A stretch of 64,000 nucleotides of DNA. Origin: Sphyrna mokarran (Eukaryota). The notes under the pieces were generated by a model, which had not been told where the DNA came from, ran no database searches, and was given only the letters and a program-made list of their open reading frames with translations. Shown here piece after piece: positions 37,121 to 51,175 of this stretch. The stretch spans positions 32,922,001 through 32,986,000 of the forward strand of contig JAGIQG010000023.1 in the NCBI GenBank assembly GCA_024679065.1, given 5' to 3'. Within the stretch, counting starts at the first letter, position 1; every line of letters starts with the position of its first letter. The position numbers were made by a program, and so were the translations under genes.

Positions 37121-39411
37121 TTTTACTGACTTACAGCATTCTATGTAATCAGTACAGCACACCACCCTCACAGTATCTGTTTGAGCTTTGAGTTTTTGGG
37201 ACACCACTCATTCCTTGCAGTCTGAAGTAAAGTTGGGAATTTACTGCTCTCACGGATTGCAGTTGTTAATGTGTTATTTGGTTTTACTTTTAAACCAGGA
37301 CTTTGAGTTGTCAGATCACTGTGCAGCAGATGGTTAAATAAATATTTAAGACAAGCTGTGGTTTCTGTGATTGCCACTTGGTTCCAGCTCTGCAGATCGT
37401 CTTTCTAAACAGGCACCTCTATAGGAATTCTCTTTGCACTGTAGACACTCTCTGGCTTCATTCTCTCAGTTGCCATTTGGTAGCAATGTACTCAAGTTTA
37501 AATTTAAAGTTTATTTTTTAACGTCACAGGTAGGCTTACATTAATACTGCAATGAAGTTATTGTGAAAATTCCCTAGTTACTTGTTCGGGTATACCGAGG
37601 GAGAATTTAGCATGCCAGTACACCTACTGTGCACATCTTTCAGACTGTGGGAGGAAACCAGAGTACCTGGAAGAAACTCATGCAGACACATGGAGAACAT
37701 GTAGCCTCCGAAAAGACAGTGACCCAAGCCAGTCCCTGGTGCTATGGGGCAACAGTGGGGCAACTGTATCCATGTATCTGATGTCTGTGTAATTCACTCA
37801 CATATCCCCAGATTGTGAAGACCCAAGGCAGTTGAAATTATTTATCACAGTCCTGTACCCAGACAGGGCTGGTCTTCAGCCCTGATAGCTGAAGACCAGC
37901 CTGGTTGCTATGCAAGTCCTTTTGTCAGGCCTTTAATGGGAAGCAAAACATTGCCTTGAGGACAGGTGTACTTTCCAACCTGCCATCTTCAGTACATGTT
38001 TGGCTTTCCTAATTGATTTGAAGAAGCCCGCATTCAACTGCCATGAGCTGATCACTGCATCCAAAATTGTTATAATTTGTAATGTATCACTTAAAAGTCA
38101 TTGATCTCACAAAAGTCTTTCATTACTTGTATGTATCTGCTGCACATGAGGGTTGGTTACGGGTGTCAGTTTAGCTCAGTTGAAAGGATCGTGACACAGA
38201 GCAATGCCAACAGCCTAGGTTCAATTCATGTGCTGGTTGTGCTATGAAGGTAAAGACAAAAGATGGCAGATGCTGGAATCTGAAACAATGTTTTGAAACT
38301 TTGGCTTCATTCTCTCTCCACAGATGCTGTCAGATCTGCTGAGTTTCTCCAACATCTTCAGCTTTTGTTATTCATGAAGGTCCTGCCTTCTCAACCTTGC
38401 CCTTTGCCCCAGGGGTGTGGTGATTCTCAGGTTAAATCATCACAAGTCATCTGGGACTGTGGCAATTTTACATTTATAACTGTTGCACAGGCTATTGACT
38501 GTAATACCAGCAAGACTATTGATTCAGACAACAGCATTTAAAACCTATTCATTTTCTGAACTTCAGAAAAGAATGGTACCTTTGCTCATTGAAGGCTGAA
38601 GTATCTACTTGTGTTCTTCCATAATTAGACAACAGGCAAATGCTTACAGGGAGTTGGGATCGATGTATTGGAAATTGCAGAATGTAATACATTCAGGCAA
38701 CTGATGAGAATGAACAGAACCTTATGATTCAGACAGGTAGAGAGATATCAGGACTGAAATAGGTCACAAAAACAAATAAAGCTCCAGAACTCTAACGGAA
38801 CAAGTGGAGAAAAGAAAGTAGAATCAATGTATCAAAATCCAGGTTACAAATGCAGTTGAAAAATGTTTTTTTTTTTGGAAATTAGTAGTACTGGATCTCC
38901 AATTCTTTCAGGAGAGAATTCACCTGGCTTTCACAAAACTGCGAAATGCTTTCCCATGGTGAAACATTGGTGTATAATGAGAAACTGTATTGCTCATCCA
39001 ATCAATACAACTGATCCCAAAGATCATGATTCATAATAAACAAATACAAACACAGTCTTATACCAGCCCTAATCTTCAACTGCCTGCTCAATTCAAACTG
39101 TCTTTAAATGTCATAGAGTCATTGGGTGGGATTTTACGGCCTTACTCTTCTTGAAACTGTAAGATCCCACTCGTCAATGGACCTTTCCGTGTTCTGTTCC
39201 TCGTCCGCTACAATTCCTGTGACGGACAGGATGGTAAAGTTCCAGCTATAGAATCCCTACTGTGAAGAAGGAGGCCATTCAGCCCATTGAATCTGCACTA
39301 ACTCTCTGACAGAGCATCTTACTTAGACCCATCCCTGGACCTACCCCCTAACTCCTACACATTTATCCAGCCAATTGCTCTATCTTGGGGCAATTTAGCT
39401 AAACAGCACAT

Positions 39412-40135
39412 GGAACAAAGAACAAAGAAAATTACAGCACAGGAACAGGCCCTTTGGCTCTCCAAGCCTGCATCGATCATGCAGCCTGACTTAACTAAAA
39501 CCCCCTACCCTTCCAGGGACCATATTCCTCTATTCCCAATTCATTCATGTACTTGTCAAGACGCCCCTTAAGAGTCATTACCGCATTTGCTTCCACTATC
39601 TTCCCTGGCAATGAGTTCCAGGCATTCAGCACTCTCTATGTAAAAATTCTGCCTTGTACATCTCTTTTAAAACTTTCCCCTCACACCTTAAACCTATGGA
39701 CCCTAGTAATTGACTTTTCCACCCTGGAAAAACCCTGACTATCCACTTTGTCCATGCCTCTCATAATCTTGTAGACGTCTATCAGGTCTCCCTTCAACCT
39801 CCGTCGCGCCAGTGTGAACAAACCAAGTTTCTCCAATTTCTCCTCATACCTAACACCCTCCGTTACCAGGCAACATCCTGGCAAATCTCTTCTGTACCTT
39901 CTCCAAAGCATCCACATCCTTTTGGTAGTGTGGCAACTAGAATTGAACACTATATTCCAAGTGCGGCCTCACTAAGGTTCTATAAAGTATCAACATGACT
40001 TGCCAATTTTTAAACTTAATACTCTGGCCAATGAAGGCAAGCATGCTGTATGCCTTCTTCACTACTTTCTCAACCTGCATTGCCACTTTCAGTGACCTGC
40101 GTACCTGTACACCCAGATCCCTTTGCCTATCAATA
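39412..40135 (-). mobile_element. 5'-truncated CR1 LINE
   Basis: LGLFTLARRRLKGDLIDVYKIM; (gaacaaa)n tail. Confidence 0.92.
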
Positions 40136-40616
40136 GAATCAGAATGGGAAGCAGTTGGTGAGGAAAAGAGGGGAGGAGAGACGAGTACATAGGATGTCTT
40201 TGGATCGAATGGGAGGGAGCCAACCTGCGAGGAAAATGGAATGTTTTACTTTACAAAAGCAAGATATAGTGAATGCTGGAAATAAGTAAAATATGTTGGA
40301 AAAACTCAGCAGATCAGGTAGGGCATGGCTAATTCTTTTCACTGAGGATGTCTTTCCTCCTGAGTTTTTCAATATTTCTTGTTCTTATTTCATGCCATAT
40401 TTTTACTTACTGCCAACCCCTCCCTTATAAGGCATATCAATGCTAATAACAGTAAACTTCCTCTCAAAGGAACATCATGCACGCTAATGTGTTGATAGCA
40501 AAAGCCGCATGATTTAAAATTGTAAATTTGTGATTAATGAATACAGTATTTAGTAAAAAGGATGCATCTGTTAAATACATTTTGCAACTTCAGAATGCTG
40601 CTCCAATTGGAAGGCA

Positions 40617-41312
40617 AACAAAGAACAATACAGCACAGGAAACAGGCCCTTTGGCCCTCCAATCCTGAACCACTCATTCGTCCAACTAGACCATTCTTTT
40701 GTATCCCTCCATTCCCAGGCTACTCAAGTGACTACCAAGATAAGTCTTAAAGATCCCAGCATATCCACCTCCACCACCTGCTTTGCAGTGCATTCCAGCC
40801 CCCACCACCCTCTATGTAAAATATGCCCCTCTGATATCTGAGTTAAACCTTGCCCTCCCTCACCTTGAACTTATGGCCCCTCGTGTTTGTCACCTTCGAC
40901 CTGAGAAAAAGCTTCCCACTCTTCACCCTATCCATACCCCTCAAAATTTTATACACCTCTATTAGGTCTCCCCTCATTCTTCATCTTTCCAGGAAGAACA
41001 AGCCAAGTGTTCCCAAACTCTCCTCATAGCTAAGACCTTCCATGCCAGGCAACATCCTGGTAAACCTTCTCTGTACTCTCTCCAAAGCCTGCACATCCTG
41101 CTGGTAGTGCAGCGACCAGAACTGGATGCAATATTCCAAATGTGGCCCAACCAATGTTCTATACAGCTGTAACATCAGACGCCAATTTTTATACTCTATA
41201 CCCCGTTCTATAAAGGCAAGCATGCCATATGCCTTCTTCAGCACCTTCTCCATCTGTGCTGCCACCTTCAAGGATCTGAGGACTTGCACACTCAAGTCCC
41301 TCTGTGTGTCTA
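40617..41312 (-). mobile_element. 5'-truncated CR1 LINE
   Basis: ORF 40981-41340 with HLEYCIQFWS and [14 protein letters not shown]. Confidence 0.92.
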
Positions 41313-42351
41313 TAAACAATCCGCTCAGCACGATATGCATCCCTGAATATCTAGTGATGATTATCCAATGTAGAAATCTTTACTTTGCATATCTGGCATC
41401 ATTTTATTGAAATATTTGTGCAAATGCATTAATTAATAATGCCTGAATTATTTTGTAATTGAGTATTGGTAACCTTTTTGGTATGATTCATGAATGTACT
41501 ACGACTGGTTATGTTTCTTACTGTGAAAAGCTTGAAATTGGATTGCATAGCACCTTAAGCATTGTCCATTTTGTTCCTCACTTTTATTTAGAACATCACC
41601 TGTGATGTTCCATGTACGAGTTGACAGCTAGGTTAGAGGCTATGGGATAATAGAACTGGGGTGGGGGAGGGGGTGGGGCGAGGAAAGGAGAGGAGAGAGG
41701 AGTACACAGGAGGAGAATAAATGGAATATAAGGAAATGAAGGTGAGAGGAAAGGAGAATGAGAAAACAGGGTGTGAAAGGGCCAGGAATGAGAGAGAGGT
41801 GTTGTGGAAGGATAAAGAACAGGAAGAGAAAGAAGATGAGACAGCCAAGAGTGGGCTGGTGAGGTGGATTTAGTGGGAGGTGAGGAAACCTTGGTGACAT
41901 TATCGAGGCTTGTAAAATCATGAAGGACCATTCAGCTGAATAGTCAAAGTCTTTTCACCATGGAGTCCAAAACTAGAGGGTACATGTTTAAGGTAAGAGG
42001 AGAAAGATTTAAAAGGAACCTACAGAGCATGGTCCGTATATGAAATGAACTGCGATTTAAAAAATGTTTGGACATATATATGGAAAAGAAAAGTTTAGAG
42101 GGATATGGGCTAAATGGGATTAGTTCAGCATGAGTGAATTGGGCTGAATTTCCTGTTTCTGTGTTTCTCTATGATTCTCTGATTCTAAATAGAGAAATTT
42201 TCTCCGATAATGCGGTTTGATATACTGCAGCAAAGTTAGGAATGGGGAAGAAGAATCCTATGAATGGCAGAGGAAATAATAGAGCATCAAAAAGATGGAA
42301 GTGAAGCATCAAAATCTAAGTTGCAAACTATGCAGAACTTGTATTTAAAAA

Positions 42352-43503
42352 TAGAACATAGAACATAGAACATAGAACAATACAGCACAGAACAGGCCCT
42401 TCGGCCTTCGATGTTGCGCCGATCAATATAAAAAGCAATGCCCCTCCAAACTAAACCATTCCCTTCTCTTCCATATACTTATCAATTAACCTCTTAAACG
42501 CCACCAAACTTGGCGCATCTACAACAGCTGCAGGCAGGGCATTCCACTCCCGAACCACCCTTTGGGTAAAGAACCTACCTCTGATATCCGTCCTATAACT
42601 ATCACCCCTTAATTTAAAGCTGTGTCCCCTCGTGCTAGCTTTCTCCATCCTAGGAAAAAGGCTATCACTGTCCACCCTATCTAAACCTCTAATCATCTTA
42701 TATGTTTCGATTAGGTCCCCTCCTAGCCGCCTCCTTTCTAACGAAAACAACCTCAAATCCCTCAGCCTCTCTTCATAAGACCTGCCCTCCATACCAGGCA
42801 ACATCCTGGTAAACCTCCTCTGTACCCTCTCCAATGCCTCCACATCTTTCTTATAATGTGGGGACCAGAACTGCACACAATACTCCAAGTGCGGCCGCAC
42901 TAGAGTTTTGTACAGTTGCAACATGACGTTGCGGCTCCGAAATTCAATCCCCCTACCAATAAAAGCTAAGACTCCATATGCCTTCTTAACAACCTTATCG
43001 ACTTGACTGCCTACTTTCAGGGATCTATGCACATACACCAAGATCCCTCTGTTCATCAACACTATTAAGAATCCTACCATTAGCCCTATACTCTACACAT
43101 TTATTATTCCTGCCAAAGTGCATTACCTCACACTTTTCCACATTAAACTCCATTTGCCACCTCTCGGCCCAGCTCTGCAACTTGTCCAAGTCTCTCTGCA
43201 AACTATAACACCCCTCTTCACTATCTACCACTCCACCGACTTTAGTGTCATCTGCAAATTTACTAATCCATCCTTCAATACCCTCATCCAGATCATTTAT
43301 AAAAATTACAAACAGCAGGGGCCCCAAAACAGACCCCTGAGGTACACCACTTGTCATCGAACTCCACGATGAATATCTCCCATCAACCACCACCCTCTGT
43401 CTTCTATCTGCTAGCCAATTCCTAACCCAATTAGCTAAATCACCCTCTATCCCATACATCTGCATTTTCTGCAGAAGTCTTCCATGGGCCACCTTATCAA
43501 ACG
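42352..43503 (-). mobile_element. Young CR1 subfamily, copy A (5'-truncated, one frameshift)
   Basis: ORFs 43025-43492 and 42451-43080; 2-bp deletion relative to copy B near 43030; (tagaaca)n tail. Confidence 0.96.
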
Positions 43504-43729
43504 TGATCAGAAAGAAATGGAAGGCATGGTAAAGAGAAATATATTAGATAGAGTAACCAAAAAGTCATAGGCAGGTATAAAATGGATCATACAGAAGGGG
43601 ATGTTGAGTTGCAGAGAAAAAGAATTCCAGACATTAAGGCCTTACCATCTGAAACGTGGTCACCAACTGTGGCTGAAATCAAGTGGAGATGCAAAAAAGG
43701 ATAAGAGTGGAGGAATGAAGTGTTTATCT

Positions 43730-43838
43730 GTCCAACTGTAGTGGTGTCATCAGCAAACCTGAAAATCGAATTTAGCCACATGATCATAGGTATATAAGGA
43801 GTATAGAGGAGTATAGAGGAGTATATAAGGAGTATATT
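43730..43838 (-). mobile_element. Short RT fragment of a different LINE clade (Rex1/Babar- or L2-like) with local tandem duplication
   Basis: SIFRFADDTTTVGQI differs from the CR1 KFADDTK motif; repeated ggagtataga units at ~43795-43836. Confidence 0.55.
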
Positions 43839-44594
43839 TTTGGCAGGAATAATAAATGTGTAGAGTATAGGGCTAATGGTAGGATTCTTAATAGTGTTGA
43901 TGAACAGAGGGATCTTGGTGTATTTGTGCATAGATCCCTGAAAGTAGGCAGTCAAGTCGATAAGGTTGTTAAGAAGGCATATGGAGTCTTAGCTTTTATT
44001 GGTAGGGGGATTGAATTTCGGAGCCGCAACGTCATGTTGCAACTGTACAAAACTCTAGTGCGGCCGCACTTGGAGTATTGTGTGCAGTTCTGGTCCCCAC
44101 ATTATAAGAAAGATGTGGAGGCATTGGAGAGGGTACAGAGGAGGTTTACCAGGATGTTGCCTGGTATGGAGGGCAGGTCTTATGAAGAGAGGCTGAGGGA
44201 TTTGAGGTTGTTTTCATTAGAGAGGAGGCGGCTAAGAGGAGTCCTTATCGAAGCATATAAGATGATTAGAGGTTTAGATAGGGTGGACAGTGATAGCCTT
44301 TTTCCTAGGATGGAGAAAGCTAGCACGAGGGGACACAGCTTTAAATTAAGGGGTGATAGTTATAGGACGGATATCAGAGGTAGGTTCTTTACCCAGAGGG
44401 TGGTTAGGGAGTGGAATGCCCTGCCTGCGGCAGTTGTAGATGCGCCAAGTTTGGTGGCGTTTAAGAGGTTAGTTGATAAGTTTATGGAAGAGAAGGGAAT
44501 GGTTTAGTTTGGAGGGTCATTGCTTTTTTATAATGGTTGGCGCAACATCGAAGGCCGAAGGGCCTGTTCTGCGCTGTAATGTTCTATGTTCTAT
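43839..44594 (+). mobile_element. Young CR1 subfamily, copy B, inverted relative to copy A
   Basis: ORF 43926-44507 nearly identical in protein to 42451-43080; (gttctat)n tail. Confidence 0.96.
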
Positions 44595-45689
44595 AGTAGG
44601 CGGCTGAGAATACAGCTTTGTGATGTTGGGATGACCTTTCCCACTCAAATTTATGGGGGGACGGGGGGGGGGGGGGGGGGGGGTGGAGTGGGTATGATCA
44701 TCTTGCCTTTTATGCTTCAAGGGGCTGTCCTCCCTGAGACGATACCCTCTTCTTTCTGCAGGTCTGCATTTTAAATTTCATCACACCCAGCCCCTCATAC
44801 TCTTACCTAAACTGTCCACAATCTCAGAGTTACTTGGTTCCAGAATCCATGGGTCTCTTTCTTGGGATTTCTTACAGTCCTGGCAGTGCCAATTAATGCA
44901 CTCGACGCCAATCCAATCGACTGGTAGCTCTCAAGAATGGGAAGTTTTCCCCAGTGAGGGATGGAAGTCTTTACAGTGCCCGTATTCTGCCTGCTCAAAG
45001 TGCATTATTGGTCTGGAAAGGACTGGCAAGCAATGGGTCAGTTGACTTTGTTTCTGGCGAGGGCAGTAGCGGGGGGGGGTGGGGGGAGCATTCCTGCCTC
45101 TCCATTCCCTCAAATAAATGCTCCCCATTGAATACAGAACAAATTGCACACATTAATTTAGCTGTAAGTAGATCTGACTTTAAGAATAGTTACTGTTTGC
45201 TTATAAAAGGCATATTTGTGATGAAGCAAAAGTACATTGCTTTTACACTGAGTTATATTTATTAAATTGAGGAGTTGAATTCCTCAAATTATTGTCTTAC
45301 TTTTCACATTTCTGTCTGGATTCTTTCTGAACACTGACCAGTTTGTATGACAGGAAAATCAAGAACTCAATTTTATCTTTTAGAAAGCATTTAGGTAGTT
45401 ACATGGGTCCAATAGATAGAGAGGGATATGGGCTAAATGTGGGCAATTGGGATTACCTGAGGGTTTTTTTAAAAAAAGGGCAGCATGGACAAGTTGGGCC
45501 AAAGGGCCTGTTTCCATGCTGTAAACCTCTATGACTCTATGACACTATAATTGCAGAGATAGGGAAGAGCAAGGCTATGAAGGGATTTAGATTTAGAAAT
45601 CAGAATTGATAACTTACCTTTATTCATAATTTGATCCTTTTTTATGTATGCTTAATGCACATTGGACGTTAACGTAGATCGTAAATAAG

Positions 45690-46562
45690 ATCGTTTGTGT
45701 TATCTAGAAGGTTATCTAGGATTGCAATGGGATCTTAATCAATTGGCTAGTGGGCTGATGAATGAAGTTTAATTTTGATAAATGTGAGGTGCTGCTTTTT
45801 GATCAATCAAACAAGTGCAGGACTTATTCAGTTAACGGTAGGGCATTGGGGAGAGTTATAGAATAAAGAGATCTAGGGGTACAGGTTCATTAAAAGCGGA
45901 GTCATAGGTAGACAGAACGGTGAAGAAGGCATTTGGCATGCTTGGTTTCATTGATCAGAACATTGGTCAGAACATTGAATACTGGAGTTGGGTTGTCTTG
46001 TTGTACAAGTCATTGGTAAGGCCACACTTGGAATACTGTGTTCTAGTCGCCTTATTATAGAGAGGATATTATTAAACTAGAAAGAATGCAGAAAAGATTT
46101 AGTAGGATGCTACCAGGACTTGATGTTTGAGTTATAAGGAGAGGCTGGATAGACAGGGAGTTTTTTCTCTGGAGCATAGGAGGCTGAGGGGTAATCTTAC
46201 AGAGATCTATAAAATGTGAGGTATAGATAAGGTCGATAGTCAATATCTTTTCTCAAAGGTGGGGGGAGTCTAAAAGTAGAAGGCATAGATTTAAGGTGAG
46301 AGGAAAGAGATACAAAAAGATTTAGAAGAGCAATTTTTTTCACACAGAGGATGGTGAGTGTCTGGAACAAGCTGTCAGAGCTGGTAGTAGAGGCAGGTAC
46401 AATTTTAAAAAGCATTTAGACAGTTACATGGGCAAGATGGGTGCAGAGGGATGTGGGCCAAACGTGGGCAATTGGGACTAGCTGAGGGTTTAAAAAAAGG
46501 GGCAGCATGAACAAGGTAGATCAAAGAGCTTGTCTCCATTTTGTAAACCTCTATGACTCTCT
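45690..46562 (+). mobile_element. Older CR1 LINE 3' portion
   Basis: ggccacacttggaatactgtg and aggaggctgaggggtaatctt; tail aacctctatgactct, also seen at ~45385-45545 (+) and ~27240-27380 (-). Confidence 0.88.
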
Positions 46563-47394
46563 GACCTTGGAGTATTATATTTTTCCTGGATTTGACAATG
46601 CCCAGCAATACACCATAAAGGAAATAGGACAAACAACTTTCCTGGAAGCCAATATGTCTGTCATCCCTTCAGAGATGTTGATAAACAATTGATCAAAAGC
46701 TTGTTAGGCCAGTTCAATTTCCACCTATCTCCAAATCCATGCACAGGGGAAGAAAATTCGGCAATGTCATTACTTATGATCCTAGCAAGTCAATATTCGT
46801 CAAAAATAATAATTAAAAACCATCGAGGAAAATCCCCTTGCTGCCTGAATTGAATTAAACCCCATGCTTAACACTTTAGTTCTGTATAGAACACTACAGG
46901 CTCGGGAGATCAATGGGAGTACTGTACCTTCGTGCCTGGGGCCTGCTGAATAGCACAGAAGTCAGCAAAAGGAAATTTATTGAAGTTCAGTGGCTCACAA
47001 TAAACTTCAGCAGGAATGTGAGGTATTTTAAAATATTTTGATCCAGTTGCAAAGCTACCACATGATAACTAAGTGATGATCTCAAAAGACTTGTATTTGA
47101 ATCTAACATGGGCCTAGCTGTTTGAGTTGTTGAAATTGTGCAGTGAGTGAGTGTTGGGAGGGAGAAAGGGAGACTGCCTTGAGAACTTGCACCAGCTTAA
47201 AAAAAAACAATAAATTATGATAAATAATGAATAAAAAATATGCAATAAGCCCAGACTGCTATAAAATTACAAGGTATTACTTTGGTCCAAAATATCCTTG
47301 AGAAAGAAAATGTATTTGACCTTAATCGTTGCAAGAAATAGATAAATATTTAATGAACCCTCAAAGAAGTTCCAATGTCTCATAGCTAAAGAAG

Positions 47395-47720
47395 AATCAT
47401 TGAATCATAGAATCCTTACAGTGCTGAAAAAGGTCATTTGGCCCTTCGAGCCAGCACTGGCAACAATCCCACCTAGGCCCTATCCTTATGACCTTGTGTA
47501 TTTACCCTGCCAATTGCTCCAACACTAAGGGGCAATTGAGCATGGCCAATCAACCTAACCCATACACTGTAGGAGGAAACTGGAGCACCTGGAGGAAACG
47601 CATGCAGAGAAAGGGAAATGTACAAACTCCACACAGACACTTATCCGAGGCTGGAATTAAACTCAGATCCCTAAGCACTGTCAGGCAGCAGCGCTAACCA
47701 CTTACAACCCTGCTGCCCAT
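47395..47720 (-). mobile_element. HE1/V-SINE-like SINE (another copy at ~49295-49595)
   Basis: Reverse-complement head aggcagcagcgctaaccac, core, tail. Confidence 0.85.
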
Positions 47721-49906
47721 TATTTTGTACAAAAATTCTTTCAACAAATACTTTGTGCATCACATGGACATTACTCAAATTTATCTCTTTTCTCTGAATA
47801 CTGTTCGTAGGACAGGGTGGTAAGGATTGGGAAGTAGTGTTTCATCCATATTAGCAGACTTTTTTCCCCTTATGATAATGTTAGTAAATATTGGTACAAT
47901 CGAGTGGTCACTCACCCCTGGAAATATTGGCATGCTTTGTTTCAGATTTCCAGTATCCAGAGCATATTTCAAAGTTTATTTATTAGGCACAAGTAGGCTT
48001 ACAGTAACACAACAAAATTATTGTGAAAATCCCCAAGTTGCAGTACTCCAGCACCTGTTTGGGTATGCTGAGGGAGAATTTAGCATGGCCAATGCCCCTT
48101 ACTCTTATTCCTGCATTCATTAGTGAAATTGCTGCTTTAACACTGGGGACTCAAAGGATTTAAAAATGGCTGTTTTTAGCAATATTGCTTCACTAGAAGA
48201 AATCCCCACGCAGAACAAGAAGGTTCATTGACAAAATAATGAAATTGAGGATTTAAACTCAACATTTCCTCTGAGGTTCCCTGTTATTTGGTCACAGAAC
48301 AAGAAAGCTCAGGCATTCAAACAAAAGGAATTTCTATTCATCAGTCATCAGTGTCTGCATCTCTTCCGGTATCCATATTCTTTGCTCGCACTCTGGGGAG
48401 TTTGATCCATAGGTATAGAATTGTTAACATACGTTCAAGAGTCTTCATTGTCAACATCAGGTGGATCTCTCGCTAAAGCAGATATGTTTTCAGTGTTCAG
48501 AACTGACTACCTTTCTGCAGATCGTAGAGGACCATAGACTGTGGCCACTGGTTTACTCTGATTTATGCAGCCAGAACCCTGTTTTTAAGTTAAGAAAATC
48601 AAACATTTAGTTGAAAGGTATCACATTCTTGACAAGTTAAGATTTTACAAGTACATAGTGAGCATTAAGGCGAAGTCCAGACCTTGCTCTGTGAATTGAT
48701 TGTCTCTTGATTATTGGCCAGTCTGACAAACGGGGAGAGGTTCTATACATATAGAAGGCCATTAGAAAAGTAATTGACTTGTTTTGCTTCATCTTTTTCA
48801 AATATTATCTGATTTAGCTGGTAAATTGATAAAATACTTTTAAAATAAGGTTGGCATTTAATTTGTGTTGTATTCAAATACAGCCAAATCTACTCTATTG
48901 CTGCAAAACTGGCACAGTTGTAATTTGGGAATATATCAAAACTCATGTTTTTCTTCTGCTAACTTCATGCATGATAAACAGAATTTTGATCTAGAGTAAC
49001 TATTGATTCCATGATACCATTTGCAGTAGAAAAGGAAAGGAATAATATCATTCTTTCACTGTCACTGGGTTAAAATTCTCGGACTGTCTTCCTAACAGCA
49101 CTCTGGATATACCCACTTCAGGTGGACTAGCGGTTCAAGAAGACAGCTCACTGCCACTTCTCTCGAGCAATCAGCAATTGGCAATAAATGCTGGCCCAGC
49201 CAGCAATGTCCACATCCTGTAAATATATTTTTAAAAATTACAGTCGGCTTTGATTTTCATGTTCCAGAATTGTTCAATCATGTGCTGCAAGAGTATCATA
49301 GAATCTCTGCAGTGCAGAAGGAAGCCATTCAGCCCATCGAGCCTGCTCCAACAATCCCACTCAAGCCCTCTCCTTATAACCCTAAATATTTACCCCGCTA
49401 ATCCCCCTGACACTGAGGCAATTTAGTATGGCCAATCAACCTAACATGCACATCTTCGAAGTGTAGGGGGAACCAGAGTACCTGAAGGAAACTCACGTAG
49501 ATGCAGGAAGAATGTGTAAACTTTACACAGACATGACCTGAGGCTGGAATTGAATCTGGATCCCTGATACTGTGAGGCAGCAGTGCTGACCACTGGGTTA
49601 TTTTTTAATGTTGACAATCTGATGGGTCTAATAAGATCCATTTTATTAATTGAATTTAAACTCCCCCAGCGGCTGTGATGGGATTTGAACTCCAGAACAT
49701 TAGTCAGGGTCTTTGGATTACTAGTCCAGTAATATTATCACTATGCTACTCTATTGCATAACTTCACACAACATCACCCGGTGTGTGGTGCATTTGCATG
49801 GCCATTCCTGTATAAACACTGATATTTCCTGATCTGAGCTTGTGTTTCTAAGAATGGAGTTAGGAAGCTGCATATTTTGGCCAGAATTCTCTGATCTCGC
49901 CTGTTC

Positions 49907-50390
49907 ATAGAACATAGAACATATAGAACATAGAACAATACAGCACAGAACAGGCCCTTCGGCCTTCGATGTTGTGCCGACCAAAATAAAAAGCAATGCC
50001 CCTCCTAACTAAACCATTCCCTTCTCATCCATATACTTATCAACTAACCTCTTAAACGCCACCAAACTTGGCGCATCTACAACAGCTGCAGGCAGGGCAT
50101 TCCACTCCCTAATCACTCTTTGAGTAAAGAACCTACCTCTGATATCCGTCCTATAACTCATACCCCTTAATTTAAAGCTGTGTCCCCTCGTGCTAGCTTT
50201 CTCCATCCTAGGAAAAAGGCTATCACTGTCCACCCTATCCAAACCTCTAATTATCTTATATGCTTCAATAAGATCCCCCCTTAGCCGCCTCCTTTCTAAC
50301 GAAAACAACCTCAAATCCTTCAACCTCTCTTCATAGGACCTGCCCTCCATACCAGGCAACATCCTAGTAAACCTCCTCTGTACCCTCTCC
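49907..50390 (-). mobile_element. Young CR1 subfamily, copy C, inserted into a MITE (~49878-50510)
   Basis: ORF 50009-50362; flanked by the MITE ends ggccagaattctctgatctc and gagaccaaagaattctagcc. Confidence 0.95.
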
Positions 50391-50968
50391 TAGGGTTCCT
50401 GGGGGTATTCTCTGGCCTCACTGCTGTGAATGGGGATTTGGCTGCGCCTCAAATGCTCCATTTTTGCTGGTAGTGATAGCAGATTGTGAGAGACCAAAGA
50501 ATTCTAGCCTTTTGTGTTGTTTTTTGAAAATAAAATTTATATGTTCATTGTTAAAAACTTCCTGTAAGGTGATAGTGATAGAATGAGGGCATGTGAAAGT
50601 TTAATTGAATGTCTTGTTGTACTTTACTGTTCTTCGCTGCTTCTTTATCTTGGGTGATAAAATAATAGTGTTGAAGCATAACATCTTCAGCAAGCTATAG
50701 ATTTGTGTTCGTACATAGAAATACCCTACAGCTGAATGTAGGGAAGCTATTCCCATTACTTGCATCATAAAAGCAGCATCAGTTCTGTTCCTAAATGCAC
50801 TAAATCTATCAGGAGCTGGTCTAGTTGGATTAGACTTTTCGCCTTGTTGCTTTATAGAGTTTAAACTGGTACACAGAATGAAATTATTATATAGGGATAA
50901 TTGCTTAAAAGGTAGCCAGCTGTTCTTAGCTCACAATATAACCATCTTGTGTTTTATTTAACACACAG

Positions 50969-51175
50969 AAAGTCCAGGTTTGTGTCACAGTCTTGGACTA
51001 CGACAAGATCGGCAAGAACGATGCCATCGGCAAGATTTTTGTTGGCAGCAACGCCACCGGCACAGAGCTCCGACATTGGTCAGACATGCTGGCAAATCCC
51101 AGGCGGCCTATTGCACAGTGGCATTCCCTAAAACCAGAGGAAGAAGTCGACCTAGCTCTTGGCCTCAAGAAGTGA
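50969..51175 (+). CDS. SYT2: Synaptotagmin-2-like, last coding exon (C2B C-terminal half and tail)
   Basis: Acceptor acacag|; encodes [78 protein letters not shown] and [11 protein letters not shown] match SYT2 rather than SYT1 as I recall the sequences. Confidence 0.95.
   Translation, partial: KVQVCVTVLDYDKIGKNDAIGKIFVGSNATGTELRHWSDMLANPRRPIAQWHSLKPEEEVDLALGLKK

Noticed and set aside
43926-44507. Intact functional reverse transcriptase gene
   Set aside because: Only the C-terminal part of CR1 ORF2; no full-length autonomous element is present in the window.
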